DNA from: Macrostomum hystrix
Taxonomy: Eukaryota; Animalia; Platyhelminthes
Direction of reading: 5' to 3'
Length of the DNA stretch: 64,000 nucleotides
Assembly (NCBI GenBank): GCA_950097015.1
Contig: CATNEN010000001.1
Coordinates: forward strand, 7,068,001 to 7,132,000
The notes under the pieces are model-generated. The model was not told where the DNA came from. It did no database searches and saw only the letters and a list, made by a program, of their open reading frames with translations. Numbering within the stretch: position 1 is the first letter of the stretch; the number at the start of each line of letters is the position of its first letter. Of this stretch, positions 1 to 12,726 are shown in pieces. A program made the position numbers and the translations under genes.

Positions 1-187
1 GTCTCATCTCTCCCATGTCTCATCTCTCCCATGTCTCATCTCTCCCATGTCTCATCTCTCCCGTGGCTCATCTCTCCCGTGGCTCATCTCTGCCATGTCT
101 CATCTCTCCCATGTCTTATCTCTTCCATGTCTCATCTCTCCCATGTCTCATCTCTCCCATGTCTCATCTCTCCCATGTCTCATCTCT
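1..187. repeat. 16-bp satellite (GTCTCATCTCTCCCRT)n, truncated by the window edge
   Basis: Direct tandem periodicity; same family at 52955 and, inverted, at 60583. Confidence 0.95.
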
Positions 188-3100
188 AGATACCTTAATA
201 TATACTCACATATTGTCGGTGCTGATAAGAAATAGAAATATCATTTTAATTACGACCTCAAAGTCACGTGATTCAGTTAATTTAGAGTTCAATGAAAAAG
301 CTGCTCATCATAAAGCAATCGCGCAAAGCGCTCTCGATTTCAGCCATCTTCAGTGAAGAGATTTTTTGTTTAAACTCCCCCCTTCTCTAACTGTACGAGG
401 ATCTCATCTTAACAATTGAGAAGATGAGAAAAAGAAGAGCTGATGAAACAAACTCGGCAAACTCCGTAAGAAAAACAATGGCCAACTGTGCTCAATTGTG
501 TGGAGAATTTGGTGGTGGCAAATTAATAGAATTTCCCTTCCCTCCCGATCCATCCCTTATTTAAGCAATCTCAGCAGCAGCAGCAGCAGCAGGCCATTCA
601 CACGCCTCACCTATGTGAGAATAGCTGCGGCTGGGTGGTAGAGGCAACTCAACAACAATAAAAAGTGAGACGGCTGGTGGATGGGGTGGACCAGAAGACT
701 CTGGAGTTGCCAGAATTCAATCTGCGGCTCTCTAACCCTCGATCCAAGCCAAAATTAAGATGCAGCGAGCCAGCCATAGAGCTTAGCGGTGAGAAACTGA
801 TTGGGACAACACCTGCTGAGGGGACACAAACACACACAGATTTCTAGCCAGGAATCTCTTAATGTAGATTGAAGAAAATTGGTTTTGAATTCCTTAACTC
901 AAACTGGTCTCTAGCCAGTTTTCTCACCTATACTCACACACTCTCAGTCACCCCCGCTTCCCTATCCTCCTATTTCATCCTGCTTCATCACACCCCCCAC
1001 CTAGCTCATGCTACCAAAACCTTCACAATTCATCGAACAAAGAAGTCAATTTAACTTGACTTAGCCGGACTTTCAGCAGGGTTTTGGTGGGCCATATTTG
1101 TCCAACACAACAGCGCGTCACAGGCTGTGTCAATATGCGGAACCCAAAAGTGGACATGCTTTGAGTCTGTACCATCTTCCCCCAACTGGGAGCTTCAATC
1201 TTTCACGACCTTCTCTAACCTCAATCCAAGTAGGACTTACATATTAGAAGTCGACTGAGGTGAGCACTGCTCACCGTTTAAAGCTTTCCTCTTTTGGCTG
1301 CTGGTCTTCTTTTTTTTCATCTACTGGCCTCGTCTCTCTCTACAAACATGCAGCAGCAGCAGCAGCAGCAGCAGCGGCAGCAGCAGCAGCAGCGGCGGCG
1401 GCAGCAGGGGCAGCAACAGCCAGACCCAATTGATTGCTTGGAGTTGGTTGATTGGAAATTGTTCGCCAGCTTCTTTAGCTATGCAGTTAAAAAATGATTT
1501 CTTCCCATGAAGCCTCTCTTTCCCAACCCTAAATCCCGTCCCAATGCCTAAGTGGACCTTCCAGGAAGACTTTGCTGGCGAGTGGAGAATCTAATCTTAC
1601 CTTGCTTTCTTAGAGGCGGGTTTTCAGTTGGAGGAAGAGAGACGAATAGATTCAGGCAAAATAAGAAGACGAAATATTGTGGCTAAGTTATTCTCAAAAA
1701 ACACAGCTAGAGAGGGAGGGAGATGAGATGAGAGCTTAGAAGGCCGTCCGCGCTTTCGAGAGTGACCTGAGAATGGATGAAGAGAGAGAGAGAGTCCTGC
1801 TACAGAAGAAGTGTTTGCCAAGCATCAGAAAGTGATAGATTCCCAGGTGTATCTTCCCATGGTTGGGCATTGCGGTGACCGTGCTGGGGAGGTAGGGCTC
1901 TGTAAACCTCTTCGCTCCGAGACCATCTCAGAGGACTCACCTTAACGAATTCCATCTCAGATCTTGGTGACTCGTTCAAATATAACTCATGAGCAATATT
2001 TCCTCATTTTTGAGCTGATAGTTTTATGACAATTTTTGACAGGTCGAACATGACATGTCAAACTTGTCGCGACGTGTTAAAAGTTTTCCTTTTTTCGCTT
2101 TCTAGAAGTAAAACTTCAAATTTTCTTTATCTTTACTATCGGATTAGATTGAATAACTTTCAGCAGTATTAATCAAATCAGACTAGGGGATTATTATAGA
2201 GGCCTATTGTTAATTGTTAAGCGAAAGTCAATCTGCATGGCAAAATGGACATGCGGGCAATGGACACTTCAAATCGAGAGGGACAAGTGGTCCCTTCAAC
2301 TTCAACTGAAGAATCATTTCTATAGGGAAAGTTCGCCAGATTATTGATGCGGCGTTTCATCTTAAATCGCTTTTATTATGAGAGAGAGAGAGAGAGTGAG
2401 CACAGTGAGCAGATGAGATCTGAATACTCTGTTCCAACTGTCAGTCCACAGTGAAGATCGTGAGCTCTGGATGCTGAGGGCGCCCTGAAGATTTTCCTTT
2501 TTTTCTCCCAGTGTTTTTTATTCAAATCTTGACCATCACCAGCTAACCAAGCGCAGAGATGACAGTGCGATCTGAACACAGGAACTCAACTCAATAATCT
2601 TATAATATAAAGAGCTGCATCCTCATAATCTTCTTCGTCTTCTTTTTCGTCACTTAATAATGTGCTCCTCCTCTTCCTAATGCTGCCGCTGCTGATGCTG
2701 CTGATGCTGGTTTTTAGTTCAGGAAGAGCCCAGATTCACGGGACCATCTGAGTGCTGCGATCCATTGTCTAGGCCACAGCTTTAGTTCCCCGATGGACCA
2801 TCCCAGACTCCCCCCAGCCGGATGAAGCTGCTCATCGTCTATTCAGATTCGCGGAAGTCATCAGCGGAGAATCCGGTGGGGGGGCCCACGCCATCTTTCT
2901 CGTCGCCTCAAATCGGCCAGCACCCGTTTGAGAAGTCTTCAATGCTTCAACTAAAAGATGGTCTCCGCTTTACCTATAGCTAGCAGCAGCAGCAGCCGCA
3001 GCAGCAGCAGCAGACAATCACCCAACCTCTTCAATCGCTTTCACCTTCTCCTCGATTGACAATGCGAGGTGGGCGGGAACTTCACTTATTTAAGACTTCA

Positions 3101-4044
3101 CTTTTATAAGCGAGGGGAGAGATGGAGAAGAGAGACTGGAAGCTTAATCCCAAGACTGGCACTTCCTCACTTTACCATAGGCCATTGCTGCTTGGCTGAG
3201 CACACTGTCAGTGCTCGGAGGGCAAACGGAAGTCAGTTTCAAGTCGCCAGACACACGCACACACGAGAGCTCGCTAGTGATTATAAAGAAAAGAAATAGA
3301 AAAAAATAGAAGAGGAAGACTACCCTTATCTTCTTTGAGTCTTGCCTCATCTTTTTCACTGAAGCTCATAGCACACACACACACACACAGTTGACACACT
3401 CGAAACATGGACAGATAAAAATTCCGTTATGAAATAAAAAATCAACTCACTGCTTCTACTTTTATATACGATAAAGTATTAATCATCTATCTATAGCACT
3501 AATAATAACAGTATTATGGTCAACAAGATGGGACTGAATTTAACACACTTTGGGCTAGTGATTGAAAACGACATCCTGTGATACTGGTGCTCTCGAGACA
3601 CTCACCCACTCACTCAACATCATCAGCCATCTATCTCTGTGCAATAGACACCAGCATTTGTAAGCCTATATTCTTTGAATTCAAAGGTGCCCCTAGCTGA
3701 AAATATTCTTCACTGCGACTCACACTTCCTGTTTTTAAGCTCACGTCTATTCTACTTTTTTTCACATCTTTTTCTTCCCAGAATTGATCTAAGTTGATCG
3801 GATAATACTATCATCATGCACCGCATCATTGCAGGTCATCGTTTACAACCGACCGACACTGTAAATATCTGATTTATGAGCACGATAGACTTGCATTTAT
3901 ATACGAGCTATAACATGCTCTGCTTTCTCTGCATTCTCTGCTTTCTTAAACCAAATAATAACAATTTGCATATTATTAATGCTACTGGGACATGATGCTC
4001 ACATTAATGATGATTATTTATTTACTATGAAACTAGTTCCCTCA

Positions 4045-4320
4045 TCTCACCCTGCTCTGAGTCTATTCTCACCCTGCACTGAGTCTAATCTCACCGTGCA
4101 CTGAGTCTAATCTCACCCTGCGCTGAGTCTAATCTCACCCTGCACTGAGTCTAATCTCACCCTGCGCTGAGTCTAATCTCACCCTGCGCTGAGTCTAATC
4201 TCACCCTGCGCTGAGTCTAATCTCACCCTGCGCTGAGTCTAATCTCACCCTGCACTGAGTCTAATCTCACCCTGCACTGAGTCTAATCTCACCCTGCGCT
4301 GAGTCTAATCTCACCCTTGA
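4045..4320. repeat. 22-bp minisatellite (TCTCACCCTGCRCTGAGTCTAA)n with degenerate tail
   Basis: About 12 tandem copies. Confidence 0.95.
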
Positions 4321-5239
4321 GTGATTCTAAACTCATCCTTCAGCCAGTCTAACCTCACGATAAAGTGAGTCTTATCTCACCAATGTAGCGTCTCTTATCT
4401 CACTTTCCATTCTCACCTTGAGTCTAATCTCATCCTTTACTGTCTTAAATATCATTTTTTACTGAATCTATCTCGTTCTCTTCTCTCACCCATTGCTATG
4501 TCTAATCTCATGTCATGTCTGCCGAGAATCACGAGAATAAAAAGACAGTAAAACAGCAACTGCAAAAGCCTACAAGCAAAGACACACATATCTGCACACA
4601 AATCAGTGAAGACTTGAAGAAGCGTTAAACCAAGGCCATCTTGTCCAAACTCCTCGGTGCAATCTGTTCAGTTTAAAAATGAAGATAAGCCACGGCTGCA
4701 AGCTAGCGGCCCTGTTGTAGGCTTGGCGAGGACAAACAAATGAACAGACGGGTCTGAGTCGTCGCTTCTTGGGCCGCATGAAATCGTGTTAAAGTCAATA
4801 AGGAAGAGCACGACACAGGACAGGGGGTCAGGGATGACATCCCAGTGCGCGCTGATTGTCGATTGTGTATTGAAATATTTCCACATTATCTATATTCAGA
4901 CACAACACGCTCGCGTCCTGTAACAGTGTTTAGAAAAGAGAGATGTGTGCGTGTGTGTCTCTGCATAGGACAGGAACGCCTATATGTACACCTATAGGAG
5001 CTCAGTTTGAAGCTCAGTATCAATTTCCTACCAGCATCCGTTTCTCAGCTCGCTGCATGCATAGTGTTTGATAGCGGAAGCGACACACGATTCTGTGTGG
5101 AAATGCCTACTAGAGAATAGATAGTTGAAGTTTGAATCAAATCAATAGACCAGAAACTTTAGCGTGCTGACATAACGTTTTGTTGCAACTTCTGGTTGAG
5201 CCGTTGATTGACAAGTTAGTTAATTTTTTAGCAATAAAT

Positions 5240-5465
5240 TTATTTACAAGATTGTTACGGGCAATGGCACATCATTTGGTGACACTAGACACGCAGCCAG
5301 CGAGGAGACAATGCTGTCCATTTCGCTGACTCCTGAGCACACAGTACACACGCACACAGATACCGTACACAGGTACCGTTTCTCGTCGTCAGGCAGTGTA
5401 CACTCTCACTGTGCCTTGGAGGTTGGCCCTCGAAGGTGCAAATTGCACAACAAGCCCCCAAGTCT
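5240..5465 (-). mobile_element. SINE family 1, 5'-truncated
   Basis: Reverse-complement match to the body and 3' end of the 37338 copy. Confidence 0.75.
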
Positions 5466-6399
5466 GTGCCTCAGAGCATAAATAGAATAATAATTAGATA
5501 AGTGACTGATGAATCGATAATGTGAGCTATCAATGGACAAATCGGTGAATCAAACCAATTTTTCAGAGATAATAAACAAGTGCAGTGATAATAAAGTTAA
5601 TTAACTGATCAATAAGTAACTGAAAAGATTGAGAATCAATTTACAGTTAACTGTTTTGTCTAGTCAATGATTTATGATAGCTAACAGTAAAATATTTACG
5701 CACAGTTTTGAAAATCAGTTCAGTGACTAGCTTGATAAAGATATTTTTCGTGTCTTCGCATAATTTAGCAAATTCAAAGCATTTATCTCTCCATTGAAAT
5801 AGATAAAAACATGTTTTACAACAACAGATGGGCAGACAGTGAGCGGTTGCTCAAACTCATAGCAATTGCTCACTTTATTCATACGGCCTTTTGATACACA
5901 CTGAGCCATCGAGTGAAGCAAATATATGAGCAATAGCTGCTCATGGGAGCATTAAACTAAAGTTATAGGCGTCAATAACTGCTCAATATTTAAAGCATTT
6001 AGCTTGTACATAGTCGACTAACACGCGACCTGCATAAAGATGAGAAAGAGATATTTTCATAGATTCTCTGCGTCAGTCCTTAAAATATTCCTTTTAGCAG
6101 AAGTTTAAACAAGAGTTGAGACTGATGGAAAGAGGTAGGATCCACAGTGGACACACCTGTATGTCTATCCGTGTGGACATACAACATTTATTAATGAGCA
6201 CACATTGATAGGTCAACTGCCTAATGGGATGCAGAAACGTAGAGAGAAGATTTGACTTGGGAGAAGGAACGAAAGCGTTTCAACTCTACCAATATGGAAC
6301 AAGATTAATTGGATTAGGATCAAAGTGATTTTAAATAGCATTTGGTGATGCTATGAGATATCCTTAAACTAACATTGAGATCAGAAACTACCACCCTTA

Positions 6400-6720
6400 T
6401 CTTTCCCTTCTCTCCTTATCGTTCTCCCCTCTCATCTTCTCTCCCTGATCTTCTTTCCCTCATCTTGTTACCCTCATATTCTGCCCCTCATCTTCTTCCC
6501 CTCATCCTCTTATCCTCATCTTCTCCTCCTCATCTTCTCCTCATCTTCTCCCCCTCATGTTCTCCCCCTCATCTTCTTCCCCTCATCTTCTTCCCCTCAT
6601 CTTCTCCCCCTCATCTTCTCCCCCTCATCTTCTCCCCCTCATCTTCTCCCCTCATCTTCTTACCCTCATCTTCCCCACCTCATCTTCTCTCCACCTCTTC
6701 TCTTCTATTCTCTCTCCTGT
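6400..6720. repeat. Degenerate pyrimidine-rich repeat (CCCCTCATCTTCT)n
   Basis: Imperfect tandem units. Confidence 0.85.
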
Positions 6721-8104
6721 TCACCTTAACCTGTGTCTTGGAATTACCATTGCTCTAAACCATGCCTACACTACCCTTACCTTGACTGATTTCTCCAATC
6801 AGATGCTGATATGTGGTTATTTTATCAGTTCATCTTATCAATCTGTGACCCCATTCCGTCACTCAACAGCAGAAGCCGGGAAATTCACGACAAAAAGAAT
6901 CACTGCACACGACAAATTGAGCTCGCTGAGAACATGATCGCCAGCCCATATGGTTGGGAAATTTAAAAAATTGGGATACATTAGACTTCTCATTTCTCGT
7001 GTCTAATGTTAGTCGAGTTCTTCAGAGCAGCCAAAAAGTTTTCAGTGAAAGCAATGCGATTTTTGATCGAAATCTGCCTTTAAATGTGGCAACGGCGGGG
7101 AGACATTTTGGTTGCAAAGTGGGGGATTTAAATCCCTAGTCAGGATGATTAGATGATAAGGCTCATAGCTCTATATCAGATTTAGAAGTATGAGAGCTCT
7201 CACAATCAACAAATCAGTTGGCACGCATTTAATTTCTTCTAGTTAGACACTGGTCGAAATTGGAGAAATTAAAAGGCCCTATAGGAAATAACACAGGTGT
7301 GAAAGCTTTGTTTCATAAATTCAACAAATATTTCCAGTTTCTAAGGTGGAGTGTTTTTGCTGAATGCCGCGGTTGACAATAAACCGATTATGCTTGAGGG
7401 CAAAAAAATGATTCTTTAGAAATTTTCCGTTCTAAACAATGTGCACCGTGAAGTATTGTTGCAGTTTGAGTTGAGACCACGCGCCGCCCAAGAAATCACC
7501 ATTGCCATCATCAGCATGACAACAAATTCTATTCAAACAGAATCAAAAGATGAAGCACGTTCAACAGCAAAGCAATGAACGCATCGATGAAAGTCAGAGG
7601 AAAAAATTGGGATCCTGTTCCCCTTGACCAACCATTGATCAGATCCCAACTGGTCAGTCAGATGGAGCCTACCCCGTTCCTCGGTATCCATGCGGACCAC
7701 CCACTGATCTGGGGAGAGAAGAAAGTTTAAAGAAAAACAATTCATTGAATTGAGACAGGCTTCTATAGAAAGCTTGACTCTTAGCTCTCTGATTTCCGCT
7801 GGCAACAGTCTATATAATGCCAGATCGTGCTCACCGACTCGAAACCTTGGCACGTGACATCCATAGAGTTGTAGCTTCTCACACAATTCCACTCTCGCTA
7901 GTGTCCGTGTCTTTAAAACGAGTAATAGTGTAGGACACTTGACTAGCCCATACAGCTTGGCAACGAAAGAATGGAACAAAAGAATCTCATCTGAATGTGG
8001 TTGGCCAGTTTCTTAAGTCCTCATATAATTATTTTTTCACGGTAAAGTTCACAGATTTTTACAGGTTTCGAGGTGTTTAAAAAACGCTGTATACAACTTT
8101 CCAA

Positions 8105-8382
8105 AGCGGTTAACGCTTTTGCCTCTCGCACCAAGGTCCTTAAGTTCGATTCCACGGCAAGGCCACATTCATTTGGTGTGCAGCCGCGGAGAGAAGGCTT
8201 GGGGCCACTGTGAGAGTGTACACTGCCTGACGATGAGAAAGTCAGGGCAGATGTACACACCTGTGTGAGCGTATGCCTGCGTACGGTATCTGTGTGCGAG
8301 TGTGCTCGGGAGTCAGCGAAATGGGCAGCATTGCCTCCTGGCTGGCTGCAGGTCTAGTCTTTCAATTATTAAAATATTATTA
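8105..8382 (+). mobile_element. SINE family 1
   Basis: AGCGGTTAACGC...GTTCGATTCC head, internal hairpin segment, shared 3' end and ATT tail. Confidence 0.8.
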
Positions 8383-8726
8383 CTGCAAGCTCTCTGCTCA
8401 AGAAAATGTAAAAAATGAAACTCATTTTGAAAACTAATGGACTGTGAGGGTCCGTTTAATTTAGGAAGGAAATCCGTTCCCTTTTCCGATGCAACATCTG
8501 TTGCTAAGAGGTCCGATTGCCTTAGTTACAAAGCCATATGGTATATTTGTTCCATTGTTGAAGATGTGCAATTATTACTGTCTGTAGGATATCTGAGGTG
8601 ACGCAATGCATATCATCTTTGTTTTCTTGTGGAGGTGCCACTTTCAATTTTCCATGATGGAACGATAAACATAGGAAGTTATTGATTAAAATCTAATTAA
8701 TAAAAAGTAGGTTATATTTACCATTT

Positions 8727-9086
8727 TACTCCGAGATTCACTCTCAATCCGAGATTTACTCTCAATCCGAGATTCACTCTCAATCCGAGATTCACTCTCA
8801 ATCCGAGATTCACTCTCAACCCAAGATTCACTCCCAATCCGAGATTCACTCTCAATCCGAGATTCACTCTCAATCCGAGATTCACTCTCAATCCGAGATT
8901 CACTCTCAATCCGAGATTCACTCTCAATCCGAGATTTACTCTCAATCCGAGATTCACTCTCAATCCGAGATTCACTCTCAATCCGAGATTCACTCTCAAT
9001 CCGAGATTCACTCTCAATCCGAGATTCACTCTCAACCCAAGATTCACTCCCAATCCGAGATTCACTCTCAATCCGAGATTCACTCT
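8727..9086. repeat. 18-bp minisatellite (CAATCCGAGATTCACTCT)n
   Basis: About 20 tandem copies; a variant block recurs, indicating higher-order duplication. Confidence 0.95.
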
Positions 9087-9809
9087 TTGATATTCTCATT
9101 CACTGATTTCGAGCTTTAATGTTTTATCCCAGAAAAATGTGCCGATAAGGAACAATCCCAAAAAGCAAAGGAAGCGGAGGATTGCAGAAACTTTTCCTCC
9201 CGTAGTCTGGAGAAATCTGAGACAGTCGAGGGGAAAAAACACTTTTCTTTTTCAGAAGCGCAACAGGAAAGTGTGGGGTAAAAATCGCACAGCTTAGCTG
9301 GAAGGGAAAATATCCCACGGCCCCACTAGCGGTGGCGGAAAGACCCGCTTGACAAGAAGTTAAGATCGAATTTCCTGTAGAACTCGGCAAATTTGTTGGG
9401 TTGAACTTGCGAAATATTCCCCTTCTCACACCGCACAATGTGAAACATAAGTTCGGGTGTCATTTATACTGTCTGTTTTTCCCCAATTCCTGTGCGCTCT
9501 GCAGCTCTGCTATCATCTGCGTTCATTGCTGGCAAAGCAAGACAAAAAATCTAGATTCTGGACTAGCGGCCCAAGTAAATTTCTTGGTGCCATGAAAAGA
9601 AAGAATTGTTAGTTAGTAGATTTACTTTATCAATCTCTGTCTTTTGGCTTCTTCTTAGAGGTGTGTCTGGTGCTCCAGAAATCGCAGAAATATAAAACCT
9701 CAGCTCGGCTCCCTTCATTTACTGTGCTCGTCTCTCCCTTTCAGAGATCCTCTAAAAATACTATTCTCTGTTCAATTACTAGAAATCACATTTCTAAAAT
9801 AAAAAATCT

Positions 9810-10360
9810 AGAATCCCTTCTCCGAATCTAAAATCCCTAACCCGAATCTAAAATCCCTATTCCGTATCTAAAATCCCTAATCCGAATCTAAAATCCCTAT
9901 TCCGAATCTAAAACCTCTAATCCGTATCTAAAATCCCTATTCCGAATCTAAAATCCCTAATCCGTATCTAAAATCCCTATTCTGAATCTAAAATCCCTAT
10001 TCCGAATCTAAAATCCCTATTCCGAATCTAAAATCGCTATTCCAAATCTAAAATCGCTATTCCGAATCTAAAATCGCTATTCCAAATCTAAAATCGCTAT
10101 TCCGAATCTAAAATCTCTATTCCAAATCTAAAATCGCTATTCCGAATCTAAAATCCCTATTCCGAATCTAAAATCGCTATTCTGAATCTAAAATCGCTAT
10201 TCCGAATCTAAAATCCCTATTCCGAATCTAAAATCCCTAATCCGAATCTAAAATCCCTATTCCGAATCTAAAATCCCTAATCCGAATCTAAAACCCTATT
10301 CCGAATCTAAAGTCCGTCTCCGAGTTTTAAAATCCCTTCTACAAATCTAAAATCCCTACT
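9810..10360. repeat. 20-bp minisatellite (TCCGAATCTAAAATCCCTAT)n
   Basis: About 26 tandem copies with degenerate edges. Confidence 0.95.
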
Positions 10361-12726
10361 CTGTATCAGAAATACTTTGGATACTTTCTCTGCATCTAAA
10401 ACACAAATTTCGGATATAAAATCTTATTATGGCATTTAAAATCCGAACTCGGCCTCAATAAAAATCCCATAAGTATCCCACTTGTTGGTCACATCTCAAT
10501 TGACTTATCGATGTAACCAGCTGACACAGTCGCGTATTGCCTTAGAAACCAAATGAGAGTATTATTGCACAATGCATAACAGACGTCTGTGATTTTTTGC
10601 ATAAAAATCATTGTCACTTATGAGACAAAAAGTGTCTTTAAAAAATATGATTGTGGAGACAAAAAACGATGGCATTTTTTTTCTACCCAAGCCGACACGT
10701 CATGCCGAGCGGAGGTGACAGACGATACCGCAGCTGGTGGAGCTGATGAATGAAAAGCCGACTGGTGCCTTCAACTTGAGAGAGGTCGAACGAGTTTCAC
10801 ATTGAATCAAATTTAGTCGCCAACAGGAGGGTTGGGTGGGTCCACTTCATCCAGCTTCTTATAATATCATTTATAAAATTGTTAGAAAGCAATTCACACT
10901 TAGATAACTACTACACCAGGTGTCCCTATGACTTTCACTCAATCGAAAATTCTTTGTTGCCATATAACACACGCGCACCCACTCCCTAGCGGCCACTAGT
11001 AAAAGACACTATAGAATATTATGGAATAATAATAAGTTGATAGAATTCGGACGAAAAATTGATTTGCAAATTGAAAGCGATCGACTGTCGCGCTAAACAA
11101 TATGGGAATATACATGATGGGGTAAGGCGTCTCCATGAGTGGCATACCTTCCACTGAGCAACGCACGCGCCCAAGTGCCCTGTTGAGTATTAGACTCACT
11201 CAATCTCATGCGCTGACTTTCTTTTAATCATAAACTTATGTATTCCCACATCCTCACTCACTGTCGCATTATCCTAACGCACTCACACACTCAGGCACAC
11301 GTGCACACTCATACTTATCTGTATACAACCAGATTGATAGATAGACTCACACACACACTCACCATATAGAGTCTGCGTATCTACCTGATTACACGTGCTG
11401 GTGCGTAATTGTTTTGATCGTTTTAGTGGCTTTAAATTATTTCAGTCTCTTTTAAATCCATCTTCTAAGAAGGGAAGTTTTTTCAGTAAAAAAAGGATTA
11501 AAACTATTGCACGTCTGCTTACAGCACAGTGATTGACACGAGGAAGCGAAGATAATTTTCATGATAATCTGATTGAAGAAAATACGGGGAGACTTAAAGT
11601 ACATTTTTAACAGGCGGAAAGATTAAATCAGTGGTATGTACTCAGCTGTGTCAGTGTATTCCTGCGTACAGTATATGTGACCTTTAGCGAGACACTTAGA
11701 CACCTAGTGTTTTAGTTCACAAACCTGCAAAATAGGTAGCAGCGTCAGCTGTCGTCTCAATAAAAATAAACAAAAATAGTAGATTCTAAAATCCTTTGTT
11801 TTAATTACTAAGTCAATGACATATATTTTGTTAATGAAAAATAAAATATCATTATTGTACTACTGACAGTACCAATTATGAGAAAGTCCAATGCAAATGG
11901 TTTTAATCAAAGAAATTTTTTTTTTATTTTAATCGTAACGAGCCAGTTGAATTATTCTTTCATTTTTTTGTCTATGGTCAAACCCAACACCGAGGACTAG
12001 GAGATGATCGTGCATTAAGTTAGCTTTAACAGTAGAAAGACCAAATACCCACATTGTTCTCCTTTCTGTATCTCCAAAAATGTTCCACCAATTGCCATGA
12101 AATCGCCATAACCGCAGTGGTATTTCCCCAGGGGAAATATATAGCGTAATCTTTCTACAGCTAAGGACCAAAGAGAACGATGTACCATTCTTTCAACTAA
12201 AATATATATCAGCCGAAATTGTACTGTAGTAACGTCACAAGATTAGTTTCATTTTGATAATTTTAATGATGGTTCTCGAAGCACTACTGAAAGTAGTTCA
12301 GAATGGGCATTTTATATTGATTTAACGTTTCACAACTATATAAAAGCAAGACAAAAACGCACTAAAACTATAATTCTCATTTCATCGATAAATTGATTTG
12401 AAAAGAACAAAGACAGGTATCAAGTGTTAATACGACTCGTACTTTTTAAAGCGACTATTGAAATTTCGTAGTCCTTTTTAAACCAGGTTATTCTAAATCT
12501 TGTACAAGCGATCAGACACTGAGCTGTTTTTCTGTTTTGCTGTTTAAACTAAAAGCAAAAATTAGGCATAATTTGAAGCATTAATTTGAAGCTTGTTATA
12601 AGCAAACGTTGCAACATTATCTCCGTAAAACGTGTTTGTGAATAACTGAACCCAATTATATCGCAAAGTTTTACAAAGCATTTCATTCAAACAAAATTCG
12701 CGCCTATTCAAATCCTCGCACTCCGG

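Noticed and set aside
1294-1497. Poly-Q ORF and other CAG/CTG tracts (573, 2983, 63677)
   Set aside because: Short trinucleotide microsatellites without convincing exon context or homology.
8215-8260. Hammerhead-like core CTGACGA...GAAA-G-TC in SINE family 1
   Set aside because: No stem II or III can form and stem I is mismatched next to the core; a simple hairpin explains the sequence.
8686-9099. (ESESRI)n ORF
   Set aside because: Translation of the 18-bp satellite; no support as a gene.
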